Assembly (NCBI GenBank): GCA_044870765.1 | Contig: JBIOZG010000012.1 | Coordinates: forward strand, 108,093 to 172,092 | DNA from: Nitrososphaeraceae archaeon | Lineage (GTDB): Archaea; Thermoproteota; Nitrososphaeria; Nitrososphaerales; Nitrososphaeraceae | Length of the DNA: 64,000 bases | Direction of reading: 5' to 3' | Shown: piece after piece, positions 39,010 to 49,362 of the stretch | Layout of the letters: each line of letters begins with the position of its first letter | Numbering within the stretch: the first letter of the stretch is position 1 | Made by a program: the position numbers and the translations under genes | The notes under the pieces: generated by a model | Databases searched by the model: none | Told to the model about the DNA's origin: nothing | What the model saw: the letters and a program-made list of their open reading frames with translations, nothing else

Positions 39010-39702
39010 TTAATCAATGTTTTCGTTAAGATAAATCAATATTTCATCATCTTTTTGCTCGAGAAATATTTTTTTCTTCATGGCAAGATAAAGCATCGCA
39101 ATAAAGCATCTGACTGTTTCAACTGAGCCCATTTTAAGTGTAAGATTTTTAAATTCGATACGTTTGTCGGCAGTAACAATATCAAAAATCATATCCTCAT
39201 AAGACTGCAGAATTTTCTCGAATTTTACTAAATACTCATCAAAGTTGAAAGTCTCGACAGATTCCAGATTTAGTTGATTTCTCTTAGGTTTCGGATTTGC
39301 CAGTCCATTGATCATATTTTCAAGTACATGCAATAGTTCTTCCAACGTAACAGGATAAGTAGGTTCGATTCTAAATGGAATTTCAAGTGGCTTGAGATTT
39401 GGAATTGGTTGGATATCAACAACCTCGACACCTTTCTTTGTTTTAGAGATTTTTTCCAAACGCAAGATACTTTCTACTTTTAGCCGATAAATTAATGAAG
39501 AAGACAAGGCAGCAATTCCACACATTCTAAGGTCTTTTTTGCCACTTTTGTTGATCAATTTTAACAACATTTCCAATAGCAAGGAAACATCTATTTCCCA
39601 AACATCTTTTTTTGATAACACTGATGGGTTGAAAAGCAAATCAAGTGGCGGTTGAGAAATGCTTTTCTTTGTTGTCATATCCGCCTCATCAGCCTCAGAC
39701 AT
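39010..39702 (-). CDS. scpA: Segregation/condensation protein A (kleisin)
   Basis: PLDLL...WEID, VTLEEL, FIAMLYL; adjacent to scpB. Confidence 0.85.
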   Translation of the reverse strand: MSEADEADMTTKKSISQPPLDLLFNPSVLSKKDVWEIDVSLLLEMLLKLINKSGKKDLRMCGIAALSSSLIYRLKVESILRLEKISKTKKGVEVVDIQPIPNLKPLEIPFRIEPTYPVTLEELLHVLENMINGLANPKPKRNQLNLESVETFNFDEYLVKFEKILQSYEDMIFDIVTADKRIEFKNLTLKMGSVETVRCFIAMLYLAMKKKIFLEQKDDEILIYLNENID

Positions 39703-39835
39703 TTATGAGAATAACCCCGTTTAGATTATATTAATTGGTATTGTATAATAAATTTTAGACTTGCTGTAAAATAAAGCTAGGATTATTGGAACAACATTCA
39801 AAAGTCACTGTTTTGTAAGATAAAAAAAGTGGAGA

Positions 39836-40135
39836 GTGTTATCGTCATTGGCTTCGAAGAAAGAGATAAGGGACAAAGAAAATCAAGAACGTCTTGCAAA
39901 TGCTATCAATACTTTAGATAGTATAGCGAGAAATAACAATATTCAAAAAAATATTCGAAACATAGTGAGGGAAATCTTGACGGGAATAAAGGATGAAAAA
40001 AATGGGTCTATTTCTGTCAGAGCGGCAAATACCATAAGTATGCTAGATAATGTGACTCAGAATCCGCAGATGCAATCTCACATACGAACGCTGCTGTGGC
40101 AAGTTGTTTCGACCCTGGAGAGCATAAGAGAATAG
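39836..40135 (+). CDS. UPF0147 family protein
   Basis: KNIR...VRAANTISMLD....P.M..H.RT.LW...S.LES. Confidence 0.85.
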   Translation: MLSSLASKKEIRDKENQERLANAINTLDSIARNNNIQKNIRNIVREILTGIKDEKNGSISVRAANTISMLDNVTQNPQMQSHIRTLLWQVVSTLESIRE

Positions 40136-40151
40136 AAACTGGTTACTCAAA

Positions 40152-40295
40152 TCAAGAGGAATCAACATTCTTGGCCTGTTTTAACTGAGGCGGAAGTTTT
40201 TCAAGTTTATGAGTTGGGTTAGCAAGATAGTGTCTAGACGCGCCTTCTCCGCTAAGGACGATATTACAATTAATACATTTGTATCTTATAGCCAA
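40152..40295 (-). CDS. Unannotated 47-aa zinc-finger microprotein
   Basis: TTG start; MAIRYKCINCNIVLSGEGASRHYLANPTHKLEK... (CxxC...H...H); below the ORF-track cutoff. Confidence 0.55.
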   Translation of the reverse strand: MAIRYKCINCNIVLSGEGASRHYLANPTHKLEKLPPQLKQAKNVDSS

Positions 40296-40690
40296 TTACA
40301 ATATACTTTATACGCACATATCTAAAAAGATACTGAAGCGAATTGACTCCTATTCTCTAATCAATCTCACTATTTTATATGCCGTCGCACTATTCTGCTT
40401 TATTACCCATTCATCAAGGGACATGGCTAAGCGACAGTTGAAATAAGCTGGTCAACAATAGAATTTGTGTGCGTCTGAATTAGAATCAATCAAGCAGTAA
40501 TGTTATGCACTAACAAGCTACTTTAGAATGGTTAATTACACAATATGGTTGAATTAGATATTTATCAGATAAATGATGTAAACTATATAGTTCAATTTTA
40601 CCAAAACGAGGATTTTAATATCAATTGAATCAAGTATTGGTCTTGAACTAGTATTGTTTCAATAGAACTACGAAGCGAATTGGATCTAAT

Positions 40691-42790
40691 TTATCTGAGT
40701 TTGATTATTTCTCGGTTATCTGGAACAACAGATCTTATTTTTAATCTAGAAAAAATATTGCTGGCCACATTTTCCGACTTGGACTTTTCCCCGTGATTAA
40801 CAAGTACTCTTTTGGGCTTAACCCTAGCCGTAAAATTCATGATCTGATTGAAATCACTATGTCCACTAAATCCATCGATTTTTTGACTCTCACATTTTAT
40901 TGGAATAACTTTAACCTTGCCTTTTTCATCCATCATGCTTATCTCCATCAAACCTCCATCTATGACCCGTCTTCCCAGTGTGCCATTTATCTGATAAGAA
41001 ACAAACATAATTTTGTTTCTCTTGTCTGGTGCGATTTTCTTAAAGTATTCAACTGATGGACCTCCTTCTAACATACCGGAGGTGGCCATTATGACGCTTG
41101 GATTTTCGTCGTTAAATACATCTTCCCTTCTTTCATATCCATTAATGAGCGTGAAGTATTCTGATTGAAATGGATTAACGCCGTTTGACACTGATTTTCT
41201 AACATCAAAACCAAGGTAGTGTGCATAGGACATGTGTATAGCACTAGCTTCAGATATCATACCTTCAATGAAAACTGGTGCCTCCATTAAACGTCCTTCT
41301 CTCATTTCCTTATCTAGGACCAACATTATTTCCTGCGCCCTTCCAACGGCTGGAACTGGAATCAATACCTTTCCTCCCGCCGACATTGTCTTGTTGATAG
41401 CATCAGTGAAAGTTTTGTATACTACAGACTGATCCGGCATTATGTCAGCAGAATTGCCGTAAGTACTTTCTGTAATTAGTGTCTCGACTCTAGGGTAAAC
41501 TGAAACGGCACTATCAAGTAATTGTGTCCTGGCATATTTGTAATCACCAGAATAAAGAATATTATGAGTTCCAAATACATTGATGTGTACTGTAGCGCTT
41601 CCCATTATGTGCCCAGCGTTATTGAAGGTTATTGTGACATCCGGTGAAATATCTGTTGGTTTCCCATAAGGTAAGGTTATACAATGCTTTATGACTTCGT
41701 TTACATCTCTTGTTTCATAGGGCAAAAAAGTGCCATTGCTTTTGGATATCTTGACTGAATCGTACTGGAGAAGTGTCATTAAAGGAAGAGTTGGTTCGGT
41801 ACAATAAACTGGCCCCTTGTATCCAAATTTGAATAATGCGGGTAAAAATCCTTGATGATCTATATGAGCATGGCTTATGATTACTGCATCTATTTCATCA
41901 AGGTCAAAATTAAACCAGTCCAATCGCGGATAAGCGGATATACCTAATGGTTCTCCAGGATTAATGCCACAATCAAGCATTATTTTGCTTTCAGAAGTTA
42001 CGACAATGAAACATGATCTACCTACTTGTTTAACCCCGCCAAGACAGAAAATGGCTATTTCCTCCTTGCTTCTCAACTTCGATTTGAATTCAGTTAACTC
42101 TGATCTTTTTTCACTTGAATGATTTGTCAAATTTAGATTAAAATCATTACTTTGGAGAACAAGCGGAGGTCTAAAGACTCTTTTGCCTAGCGATTGTAGG
42201 AAAAGACTTCTTTCCTTTGTAGAGCTCTTCTGTGTAGAGTGTATCATGTTCATGCTACTTGACTGTATATGAGGAGACCTTAACGTATGTGCTATCCAAC
42301 CCGTGGCTTGAGCTATATTGATTACCATGTTGGCATCTATTGACTCTGGACGGTTTACCTCTAGAACCACTTCGCCTGTGGCGTCATCGCAAAATACAGC
42401 AGATATTGTAACCTCATTCGGTAACATCTTGATGACAGCTGCTCTTGTTTCTTCTTCAGACAGTCTGATCGACGTATCGGTTCTTACTACAAATCTTTTT
42501 TTAACATTTTTCGACAGAGATGAAAGATAGTAGGTCAATTCGGTCAAGGAAAATTTAGGATTTAGTGTGTAAAGCGCAACATATGGGCCCTCAAACCGTA
42601 TGTTTGTAATCTGCGATTCTTTTGGAATAGATTTGAGTATTATATCTTTGAAAAAATCTTCATCAACTTTTTTTGTACGTTGAATTTGATTTTGGGAAAC
42701 AGTATCATTTCGTTCTTTAACTTTGTCACTGTTCTCTAGTGTAGGAATACGCTCATCCACAGAATTTTTACTTAAATTTTCATTGGTCAC
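40691..42790 (-). CDS. fttA: aCPSF1/FttA beta-CASP ribonuclease (transcription termination factor)
   Basis: N-terminal KH region, VGRSC, SHAHIDH, AGHIMGS, ESTYG, FSGHSD, HGE. Confidence 0.93.
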   Translation of the reverse strand: MTNENLSKNSVDERIPTLENSDKVKERNDTVSQNQIQRTKKVDEDFFKDIILKSIPKESQITNIRFEGPYVALYTLNPKFSLTELTYYLSSLSKNVKKRFVVRTDTSIRLSEEETRAAVIKMLPNEVTISAVFCDDATGEVVLEVNRPESIDANMVINIAQATGWIAHTLRSPHIQSSSMNMIHSTQKSSTKERSLFLQSLGKRVFRPPLVLQSNDFNLNLTNHSSEKRSELTEFKSKLRSKEEIAIFCLGGVKQVGRSCFIVVTSESKIMLDCGINPGEPLGISAYPRLDWFNFDLDEIDAVIISHAHIDHQGFLPALFKFGYKGPVYCTEPTLPLMTLLQYDSVKISKSNGTFLPYETRDVNEVIKHCITLPYGKPTDISPDVTITFNNAGHIMGSATVHINVFGTHNILYSGDYKYARTQLLDSAVSVYPRVETLITESTYGNSADIMPDQSVVYKTFTDAINKTMSAGGKVLIPVPAVGRAQEIMLVLDKEMREGRLMEAPVFIEGMISEASAIHMSYAHYLGFDVRKSVSNGVNPFQSEYFTLINGYERREDVFNDENPSVIMATSGMLEGGPSVEYFKKIAPDKRNKIMFVSYQINGTLGRRVIDGGLMEISMMDEKGKVKVIPIKCESQKIDGFSGHSDFNQIMNFTARVKPKRVLVNHGEKSKSENVASNIFSRLKIRSVVPDNREIIKLR

Positions 42791-42975
42791 TTTAACATTC
42801 TTCTAGATACTCGGTCTCATTTTCCATTATCCTTACACTAATAGTGATAATCAATTACTATCACAACACGATATAGCAAGGTCATTAAAGTTCTTACCGG
42901 TTGTATCCATATTGAAATTGAACTTCTCTCTTAATATATATTTTGGAAATTAATTGCTTTAAACTATTCTTTATT

Positions 42976-44166
42976 CTAGAAAGGTGCGTAAGGAAGAATA
43001 AAAGTCATAATAATAATAATAACCATGATTATGGAAACTGCTGAAGAGATTTGTTTGAGACGATTCTTATCAATCCCGGATCTGCTCTCTATAAGAGAGC
43101 CATACAACTGACCTCCGTCCAAAAATGCAATAGGAAGCGCATTAAATATTCCCAAATTAAAATTTATGAACCAAAGCCAGAAGAGGGTATTTGCAATTAT
43201 GGGAAATGTTGGACCAAATATACTTGAATTGTATTTTGGAGCCATGGTATCTGAAAATGGTATAAATTGTCCACTTAACGTTGGCAAAGGGAGCATAGGC
43301 ACTGGGCGATTGATATCAAAGGTAAAAGCAAATTGACTCTTGTACAATTCTAGCGTCACATTGGGATCAATGGGTAATGCTACTACACCAAGAATAGGTT
43401 TGGTTGGATCGGCGTCCGCTGGAATTGATAGTGTATCCGTTGTTTGTTTACCCTCTCTGTCAGTCCATACGATTTGAAATTGTTTGCCTATATTTGATTT
43501 TAAAACTCTAGATAAATCCTCTTGACTACGTACTTCAGTTTGCGCAATAGTTAGTATGCTGGAACCTCGTGTTAGACCAATATTGTCAGCAAGAGACCCG
43601 TCAGTTACACTAATTATTTGCAATCCGCTCTTCTCGGTATCTTGTGTAGGAATTGGCGTCAAGGTGGATATTAATATAAAGAGCAAGGCCATAGAGACTG
43701 CAGCAAGTATCATATTGTTAAGCGGACCTGCAGTTAGAACCGCACTCTTCTCCTTCAATGTTGCCTTTTCTAATCCAGTTTTATCAAGATTAACAAAAGC
43801 CCCAATTGGAACAAAGAGAACAAAAGCAATTCCGGTTGATTCCACCTTTATTCCATATACCCTTGCAACGACGCCATGACCTGCTTCGTGTATAAAGACG
43901 CTGATTACAAGAGCAACCAAAGTGTAGGTGATTGGAAGAAGAGGGTTAAGTATGGGTATAAGAAAATTACCTCTGGGACCTATCGCCCTGACATCCTCTC
44001 TCAGAGAAACATTGGTAATGAGAGTGGATATTCCACCTATGATTAATAAGATAGCAATGGCGGTTATAACCGGCATTAAATAAGTATTTGCTCTAGCATA
44101 GGCCTTTGCGATTCTTGTCTTTGCTATATAATCAAAGAATTTTAGTCCAAATGGGGTATGAAGCAA
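42976..44166 (-). CDS. Site-2 protease (M50) with PDZ domain
   Basis: HEAGH, AGPLNN, FNALPIAFLDGG; frame open further upstream to about 44244. Confidence 0.9.
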   Translation of the reverse strand: MLHTPFGLKFFDYIAKTRIAKAYARANTYLMPVITAIAILLIIGGISTLITNVSLREDVRAIGPRGNFLIPILNPLLPITYTLVALVISVFIHEAGHGVVARVYGIKVESTGIAFVLFVPIGAFVNLDKTGLEKATLKEKSAVLTAGPLNNMILAAVSMALLFILISTLTPIPTQDTEKSGLQIISVTDGSLADNIGLTRGSSILTIAQTEVRSQEDLSRVLKSNIGKQFQIVWTDREGKQTTDTLSIPADADPTKPILGVVALPIDPNVTLELYKSQFAFTFDINRPVPMLPLPTLSGQFIPFSDTMAPKYNSSIFGPTFPIIANTLFWLWFINFNLGIFNALPIAFLDGGQLYGSLIESRSGIDKNRLKQISSAVSIIMVIIIIMTFILPYAPF

Positions 44167-44373
44167 AATCAGGGGAAATGGGTGAAAGATGTCGGCATGA
44201 ACGCCTTTTTGTTTTTGTTTTTCCAGATCTTTAACTAAAATAATTTACATATTTAAATCAACGCATCGAATTTGAACTAAAAGGTATCAGTAGATAATCA
44301 CACGAATTTAATTGATATAGTAAAATATCACTTTAAATGCATGAAAATATATTATTATAAATCGTTACCAATA

Positions 44374-44550
44374 TCAGTCGTTTTTCCACAATTCCACAAC
44401 AGACAATTTTGATTTTTCGGATTCCTTATTTGTTTCTAGATCTCTTTCCAATTTTCTTTTGCGTTTAACATGATCAGATTCTTTAACGTGGTTTTCCAGG
44501 GATGATGACTCTATCGCCCTCTGACAAATATTGCAGTAAAACTCCTCCAT
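44374..44550 (-). CDS. Unannotated 58-aa C2H2 (U1/matrin-like) zinc-finger protein
   Basis: MEEFYCNICQRAIESSSLENHVKESDHVKRK...LWKND*; ATG start; below the ORF-track cutoff. Confidence 0.65.
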   Translation of the reverse strand: MEEFYCNICQRAIESSSLENHVKESDHVKRKRKLERDLETNKESEKSKLSVVELWKND

Positions 44551-44696
44551 TTATTAAGACTATAATATCAGCCAAATTTAATTTAATTCCTAACATTGAT
44601 GCGCGATAGAGTTCCCTTAATCATTCGAATCGAAATTTGCAAACAATTTATTAACTTACGACGATCGTACTAGAAGTAATAGGTATTAGATCTGAT

Positions 44697-45467
44697 TTGC
44701 AAGACTTTTTGCTTTTCCCTTTTTTTGTATTAGTTGGATTGATTGCAGGTATATTGGGGTCGATGATTGGGGTTGGTGGAGGAATAATAATATCTCCCGC
44801 TCTGACATTCCTTGGTCTCTCTCCGCCACAGGTAGCAAGCACAAGTCTGTTTGCAGTTTCTTCAACTAGCATTTCCTCGACTCTTGCTTACAGTAAGTCA
44901 AAGAAGATTCAATATATGCTCGGAATTAAGATGGCACTGTTATCAATACCAGGTGCAATAATAGGATCTTTTTTTTCAGTTAGAATAGACCCTGGTTCTT
45001 TCAAGATACTTCTTGCAATAGTACTAATCGGTACAGGAGTTTATCTAATTTATAAAAAATCAATACTCGCCGGAAATTCCTTGTCATTTCAAAACCTGTG
45101 GGTAAGGATTCTTTTTTTCTCCAGTACATTTGTTGCGGGAATTATTTCTAGTTTATTTGGGATAGGAGGAGGAGTTGTATTTGTTCCCTTAATGATATTG
45201 ATTCTAGGATTAACAATGTATTTGGCTGCTCCGACTTCACAATTTATTCTCATGATTACATCCTTGGTAGGATTATCCGCTCACATAATACTAGGAAATC
45301 CTCAATACATACCTGCCATATTGCTATCAATAGGGGCATTTGCAGGTGCTCAAATAGGATCAAGATTATCAACCAAATTGAGTGAGCAAAAACTAAGATT
45401 ACTTCTTGGCATTACTTTTATCGGCATTGCGCTTAGATTGATACTCGATTTTTACCAAATTGCCTAA
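44697..45467 (+). CDS. TauE/SafE sulfite exporter family protein
   Basis: Duplicated G(V/I)GGG..(I/V)..P motif; about 8 TMs. Confidence 0.9.
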   Translation: MQDFLLFPFFVLVGLIAGILGSMIGVGGGIIISPALTFLGLSPPQVASTSLFAVSSTSISSTLAYSKSKKIQYMLGIKMALLSIPGAIIGSFFSVRIDPGSFKILLAIVLIGTGVYLIYKKSILAGNSLSFQNLWVRILFFSSTFVAGIISSLFGIGGGVVFVPLMILILGLTMYLAAPTSQFILMITSLVGLSAHIILGNPQYIPAILLSIGAFAGAQIGSRLSTKLSEQKLRLLLGITFIGIALRLILDFYQIA

Positions 45468-45662
45468 TTGATAAACATCAAAAAAATGGATGGATTATCA
45501 TGAACCAAGATAACAATTGATTTTTAAAGAACAGAAAGTGGTGACTCAGATTGTGAGTTCTAATAAAGTCGCGGGTTGAGCTGGGTTATTATATCATACA
45601 AAAAGGCGTATATGATAAAAGTAATAAAGTGGACCTAGAGATATCTATCAGACTGCAGACTA

Positions 45663-46469
45663 TTGTCCATTCAAATTCCAGTGAGAAATATACGGGTTCA
45701 TGGAAACAAGATTCGCTATCTTGATTATGATAATGTCGATACAAAGAAAAAAGAAACCTTAGTCTTATTGCACGGTATAGGCGCATCTGCCGAAAGGTGG
45801 GCTAAAGTGATTCCATTCTTATATGATCATTTTAGGGTAATTGCCCCAGATATAGTTGGCTTTGGTTATAGCGACAAACCAACGGTTGAGTACAACATAC
45901 CCTTCTTTGTAAAATTTCTGGAAGATTTCCTGAACAGTTTGGGAATCAAGAAAACAAGCATTGCAGGCTCATCTTTTGGTGGGTTAGTTGCAGCAGAATT
46001 TGCAATTAAGAATAGCCAAATGGTAAACAAACTAGTTTTAGTTTCTCCAGCTGGGACCATGAAAAGCTCGACGAGAAAACTGGAGGAGTATATTCTCGCG
46101 TCTCTTTATCCAACACATGATAATGCTTGGAGAGCCTTCATCAATATGGCATTTGACCCCCGAACAGTTACAGAACAAACTGTAGAAGATTTTATCGATA
46201 GAATGAAACTTCCGAATGCAAAATACGCATTTATGTCTACCATGCTTGGAATCAGGAATACTCCAAACTTGTCTTCTCGACTCGACAAGATACTTTCACC
46301 TACGATAATAGTATGGGGAGAACAGGACGAAATGATACCGGTCAAATATGCAGACGATTATAGGAAAATTCCCAAATCTAATTTGATAGTAATACCAAAG
46401 TGTGGTCATACACCCTTTACTGAAAAACCAGAAATATTTTCTAAAATAGCAATCGATTTCTTGAGATGA
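45663..46469 (+). CDS. Alpha/beta hydrolase
   Basis: LHGIG, PDIVGFGYS, GSSFG nucleophile elbow, GEQD, GHTP. Confidence 0.92.
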   Translation: MSIQIPVRNIRVHGNKIRYLDYDNVDTKKKETLVLLHGIGASAERWAKVIPFLYDHFRVIAPDIVGFGYSDKPTVEYNIPFFVKFLEDFLNSLGIKKTSIAGSSFGGLVAAEFAIKNSQMVNKLVLVSPAGTMKSSTRKLEEYILASLYPTHDNAWRAFINMAFDPRTVTEQTVEDFIDRMKLPNAKYAFMSTMLGIRNTPNLSSRLDKILSPTIIVWGEQDEMIPVKYADDYRKIPKSNLIVIPKCGHTPFTEKPEIFSKIAIDFLR

Positions 46470-46509
46470 TTCAATAGTATTAAATAAACGTATCCTAGAA
46501 ATTAGGAGT

Positions 46510-46821
46510 ATGGGTGAAGATAAGCCTGAAGTTAATGAAGACATGGAATCATACAAGAAGGCAATAGATAATACGACACAGGCACAACAAGATTTCTTTA
46601 AGAAATTTTCAAATATTCAATTGGACGCGATGCAAAATTTCTTTTCAATGCTACAGGGCCTGACATTTCATCATGCAATGTTCAAGACTACTATTCAAAG
46701 CGGCGGCAGAATTTCAATACCAGAGGCTGAAAGGCAGGCATTGAAAATTGATGATGGAGACCTTGTCCAAGTCATAGTAATCCCGATCGAAAGAAAACAT
46801 AAGAATAGTTCAGACAAATGA
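46510..46821 (+). CDS. phaR: AbrB-like PHA regulator (haloarchaeal PhaR type)
   Basis: FKTTIQSGGRISIPEAERQALKIDDGDLVQV AbrB domain with amphipathic N-terminus; next to phaC. Confidence 0.7.
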   Translation: MGEDKPEVNEDMESYKKAIDNTTQAQQDFFKKFSNIQLDAMQNFFSMLQGLTFHHAMFKTTIQSGGRISIPEAERQALKIDDGDLVQVIVIPIERKHKNSSDK

Positions 46822-46866
46822 CATTGATTTAATTAATACTTACCTATTATAGTTAAATCGATTTAC

Positions 46867-47925
46867 TTAGGTTGACCGTGATTTGATCCATTGTCCTACT
46901 TTTGGTAAAACGTTGTTCTGAGAATAGCTACTTGCAATTAATCCCACATGACCGGTGTGGAATCGTATTAGTCGTTTATCTTCACTCGATACTACTTCGT
47001 TTAAGGGAACGCTGCATTCAGGAGAGACTAGATGATCCTCCTCTGCAACGATATTTAGAAGAGGAACGTTAATCTTCTTCAGGTTTACGATGGCAGTTCC
47101 TAATCTAAATTGGTTTTTAACTAGGAGATTTTTTTTGTAAATATCGTTTATCCATTGTTTGATAGTCTCACCGGCAATCGGTGGTGTATCATATAACCAC
47201 TTTTCGATACGTAAGAAATTCTGTACAAATGATTCATTGTCAATATTTTCAACAAGATTATAGTACTTGTTAACTCCCTGCTTGAACGGTTTCAGAATAG
47301 AGTAACATTCGTAGAGCTTTTCTGGTGGCAGATAACCTATGTAGGATACCAACTTATCAATATCCATCTGCTTAGAAATATTTGCAATTACTGTCGTATC
47401 TTTACTTGTATCAATCACTGGCGCAATTGTAACCAAATTCTTGATCTTTTCTTGATGTAAGGATGTATACATAGCCGACATAGAAGATCCCATACAGTAT
47501 CCATGAAGAGTAATTTTGTCTGAAGAATTATTATTTTGAACTATCTCCACGCAATCATCAATATAAGAATTTACATAATCATCAAATGAGACATACTTGT
47601 CCATTCTAGTAGGAGACTTCCAATCAAGTAGGTAGACGTCAAATCCTTGCATCAAAAGATGGCGAATCCAACTTTTGTTAGGTTGAAGATCAAGTACATA
47701 TGACCTGTTAACTAATGCATATACGACCAATATTGGAGTAGAAGAAACCCTCTTCACAAGGCTGCGATAATGCAAGAGTCTGTATAGCCTTGTCTCACAT
47801 ACAATATCATTTGGAGTATCACCGACTGAAATATGATTTCCCCTGGATAGTAGCTCAACTGTTTTGGCTACTTTTGAGAGATCAAATCCACTGCGTTCTG
47901 GGGTTTTACGTTCTTGGCTAGTCAT
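46867..47925 (-). CDS. phaC: Class III PHA synthase subunit PhaC
   Basis: PILVVYALVNRSYVLDLQP, GYCMG lipase box, DHLV, GHVG. Confidence 0.93.
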   Translation of the reverse strand: MTSQERKTPERSGFDLSKVAKTVELLSRGNHISVGDTPNDIVCETRLYRLLHYRSLVKRVSSTPILVVYALVNRSYVLDLQPNKSWIRHLLMQGFDVYLLDWKSPTRMDKYVSFDDYVNSYIDDCVEIVQNNNSSDKITLHGYCMGSSMSAMYTSLHQEKIKNLVTIAPVIDTSKDTTVIANISKQMDIDKLVSYIGYLPPEKLYECYSILKPFKQGVNKYYNLVENIDNESFVQNFLRIEKWLYDTPPIAGETIKQWINDIYKKNLLVKNQFRLGTAIVNLKKINVPLLNIVAEEDHLVSPECSVPLNEVVSSEDKRLIRFHTGHVGLIASSYSQNNVLPKVGQWIKSRST

Positions 47926-47945
47926 TTCTAAATCAAATCAATAGT

Positions 47946-48491
47946 TTACTTTTTTTCCCGTTTTTCGTATCCATTTTTTAGAGTTCTTAGAGTCTTTTTA
48001 ATTTCTTGTAGGTCCTTTAGAACCGTATCTAACTCCGACCGAGTAGGTATATTTAACAAACTAAGATTTCTTTCCACTATTTTGTTAACATGATTTACAA
48101 GGTCAAGCTGCTTTGAGTAGACTTCGTTGTATGATATTGCAAACTCTTTTGAGGAAAAAAGGGAACTATAGGCTTCCTCAAATGCGTCAATTACAAGAAG
48201 TCTAAATTTTTCAGAATTCGGATCATTCACATTTGGATCCGACTTTGATCTCAGAATAAGATTCCCAATGGCTTGGAATTGAGTTTTGGACATTTGCAAC
48301 CAGTAATTGGAAAAATATTTCTGAAGATCCATTAGGATCTTGTTCAACGTTATCAAATCTTCCATGTATTCGTTGTAATCTTTATTTATAAGACTGAACA
48401 TACCAAGGGTTGGAAAATTCTGTAATTTCTTCCATTTTTCAAAAATATCATATTTATTGAAATCGTTCAAAGTATTATTTTCATCTTTCAA
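47946..48491 (-). CDS. phaE: PHA synthase subunit PhaE
   Basis: C-terminal LNIPTRSELD..L..LKK.LR; directly upstream of phaC. Confidence 0.85.
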   Translation of the reverse strand: MKDENNTLNDFNKYDIFEKWKKLQNFPTLGMFSLINKDYNEYMEDLITLNKILMDLQKYFSNYWLQMSKTQFQAIGNLILRSKSDPNVNDPNSEKFRLLVIDAFEEAYSSLFSSKEFAISYNEVYSKQLDLVNHVNKIVERNLSLLNIPTRSELDTVLKDLQEIKKTLRTLKNGYEKREKK

Positions 48492-48710
48492 TTTCCTAGT
48501 ACCTATTTAATATCTTGATTATTTAGTATATTTACTTTAAATAAAAATTGCACTAATTAATCTCAAATTCCACCTAGCTTTGAATAAGATACCCATTAAT
48601 GTATGTGGAAGGGGTTCTTTGTAGTGTTATATTTCGTGTAGACATCTTATCAATCAAATTTAAGTGCCTTTCCGAGTCCAACTTGCACAAATGTAGATTA
48701 ATAAAGTCTT

Positions 48711-48989
48711 TTGATGCCATTATTCAATATGGGATTTATCGACGTATTTAAGAAATGGAGACCTAAAGGGAAGATGTACAGTTTTAGATGCAATCAATGT
48801 GGAAAAGGTTTTCTATCAAGCTATGCTCTCGAAGCCCCCGTATGCGGTAAATGTATGCAAAAGATAAAATCCTCAGATTCTACAATTGACTATGACAAAA
48901 AATGTATTACGTGCGGTAACAATGGAGTCATATATGCTAAATCTCAATGTCATTCATGTTATTTTGGCCTTAAAAGTAATATGAAATAG
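48711..48989 (+). CDS. Small protein with four CxxC motifs
   Basis: CNQC, CGKC, CITC, CHSC. Confidence 0.65.
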   Translation: MMPLFNMGFIDVFKKWRPKGKMYSFRCNQCGKGFLSSYALEAPVCGKCMQKIKSSDSTIDYDKKCITCGNNGVIYAKSQCHSCYFGLKSNMK

Positions 48990-49092
48990 AAAAAAATTCG
49001 AGCTGAAATAACATTCTTCCTTAGAACCTCCAAAAGCATGGTAACAATTTTCTCTCATAAAGGAGATCATCGATTTCTCAGATAAGACAATC

Positions 49093-49362
49093 CTAATGTG
49101 GGATTGTGGATGGGATTAACTTCATCTTCCTACCAAACCAGAGGTACGAGACACCATTGAATGACTTCATCTGCAGCAGCTTCATACCTGTAATTTTTTC
49201 TATTTTTGTTAATCCTGTCAAGTCGATAAAATAGTTTTTTGCTTCAACAACTATGAATTCCAAGTTTTCTTCTCTTACCGTAACGTGATTATATTTTAGC
49301 AGATCATTTGATACAACAGTATGAAGTATCCAATAGACACATTCGTCTATTTCTATTTGCAT
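49093..49362 (-). CDS. Hypothetical protein
   Basis: 89-aa ATG ORF. Confidence 0.5.
   Translation of the reverse strand: MQIEIDECVYWILHTVVSNDLLKYNHVTVREENLEFIVVEAKNYFIDLTGLTKIEKITGMKLLQMKSFNGVSYLWFGRKMKLIPSTIPH

Noticed and set aside
38473-39702. scpA/scpB without smc as a Wadjet/Mks-type system
   Set aside because: Ordinary housekeeping context next to rps8e; smc is often unlinked and no jetD-like gene is present.
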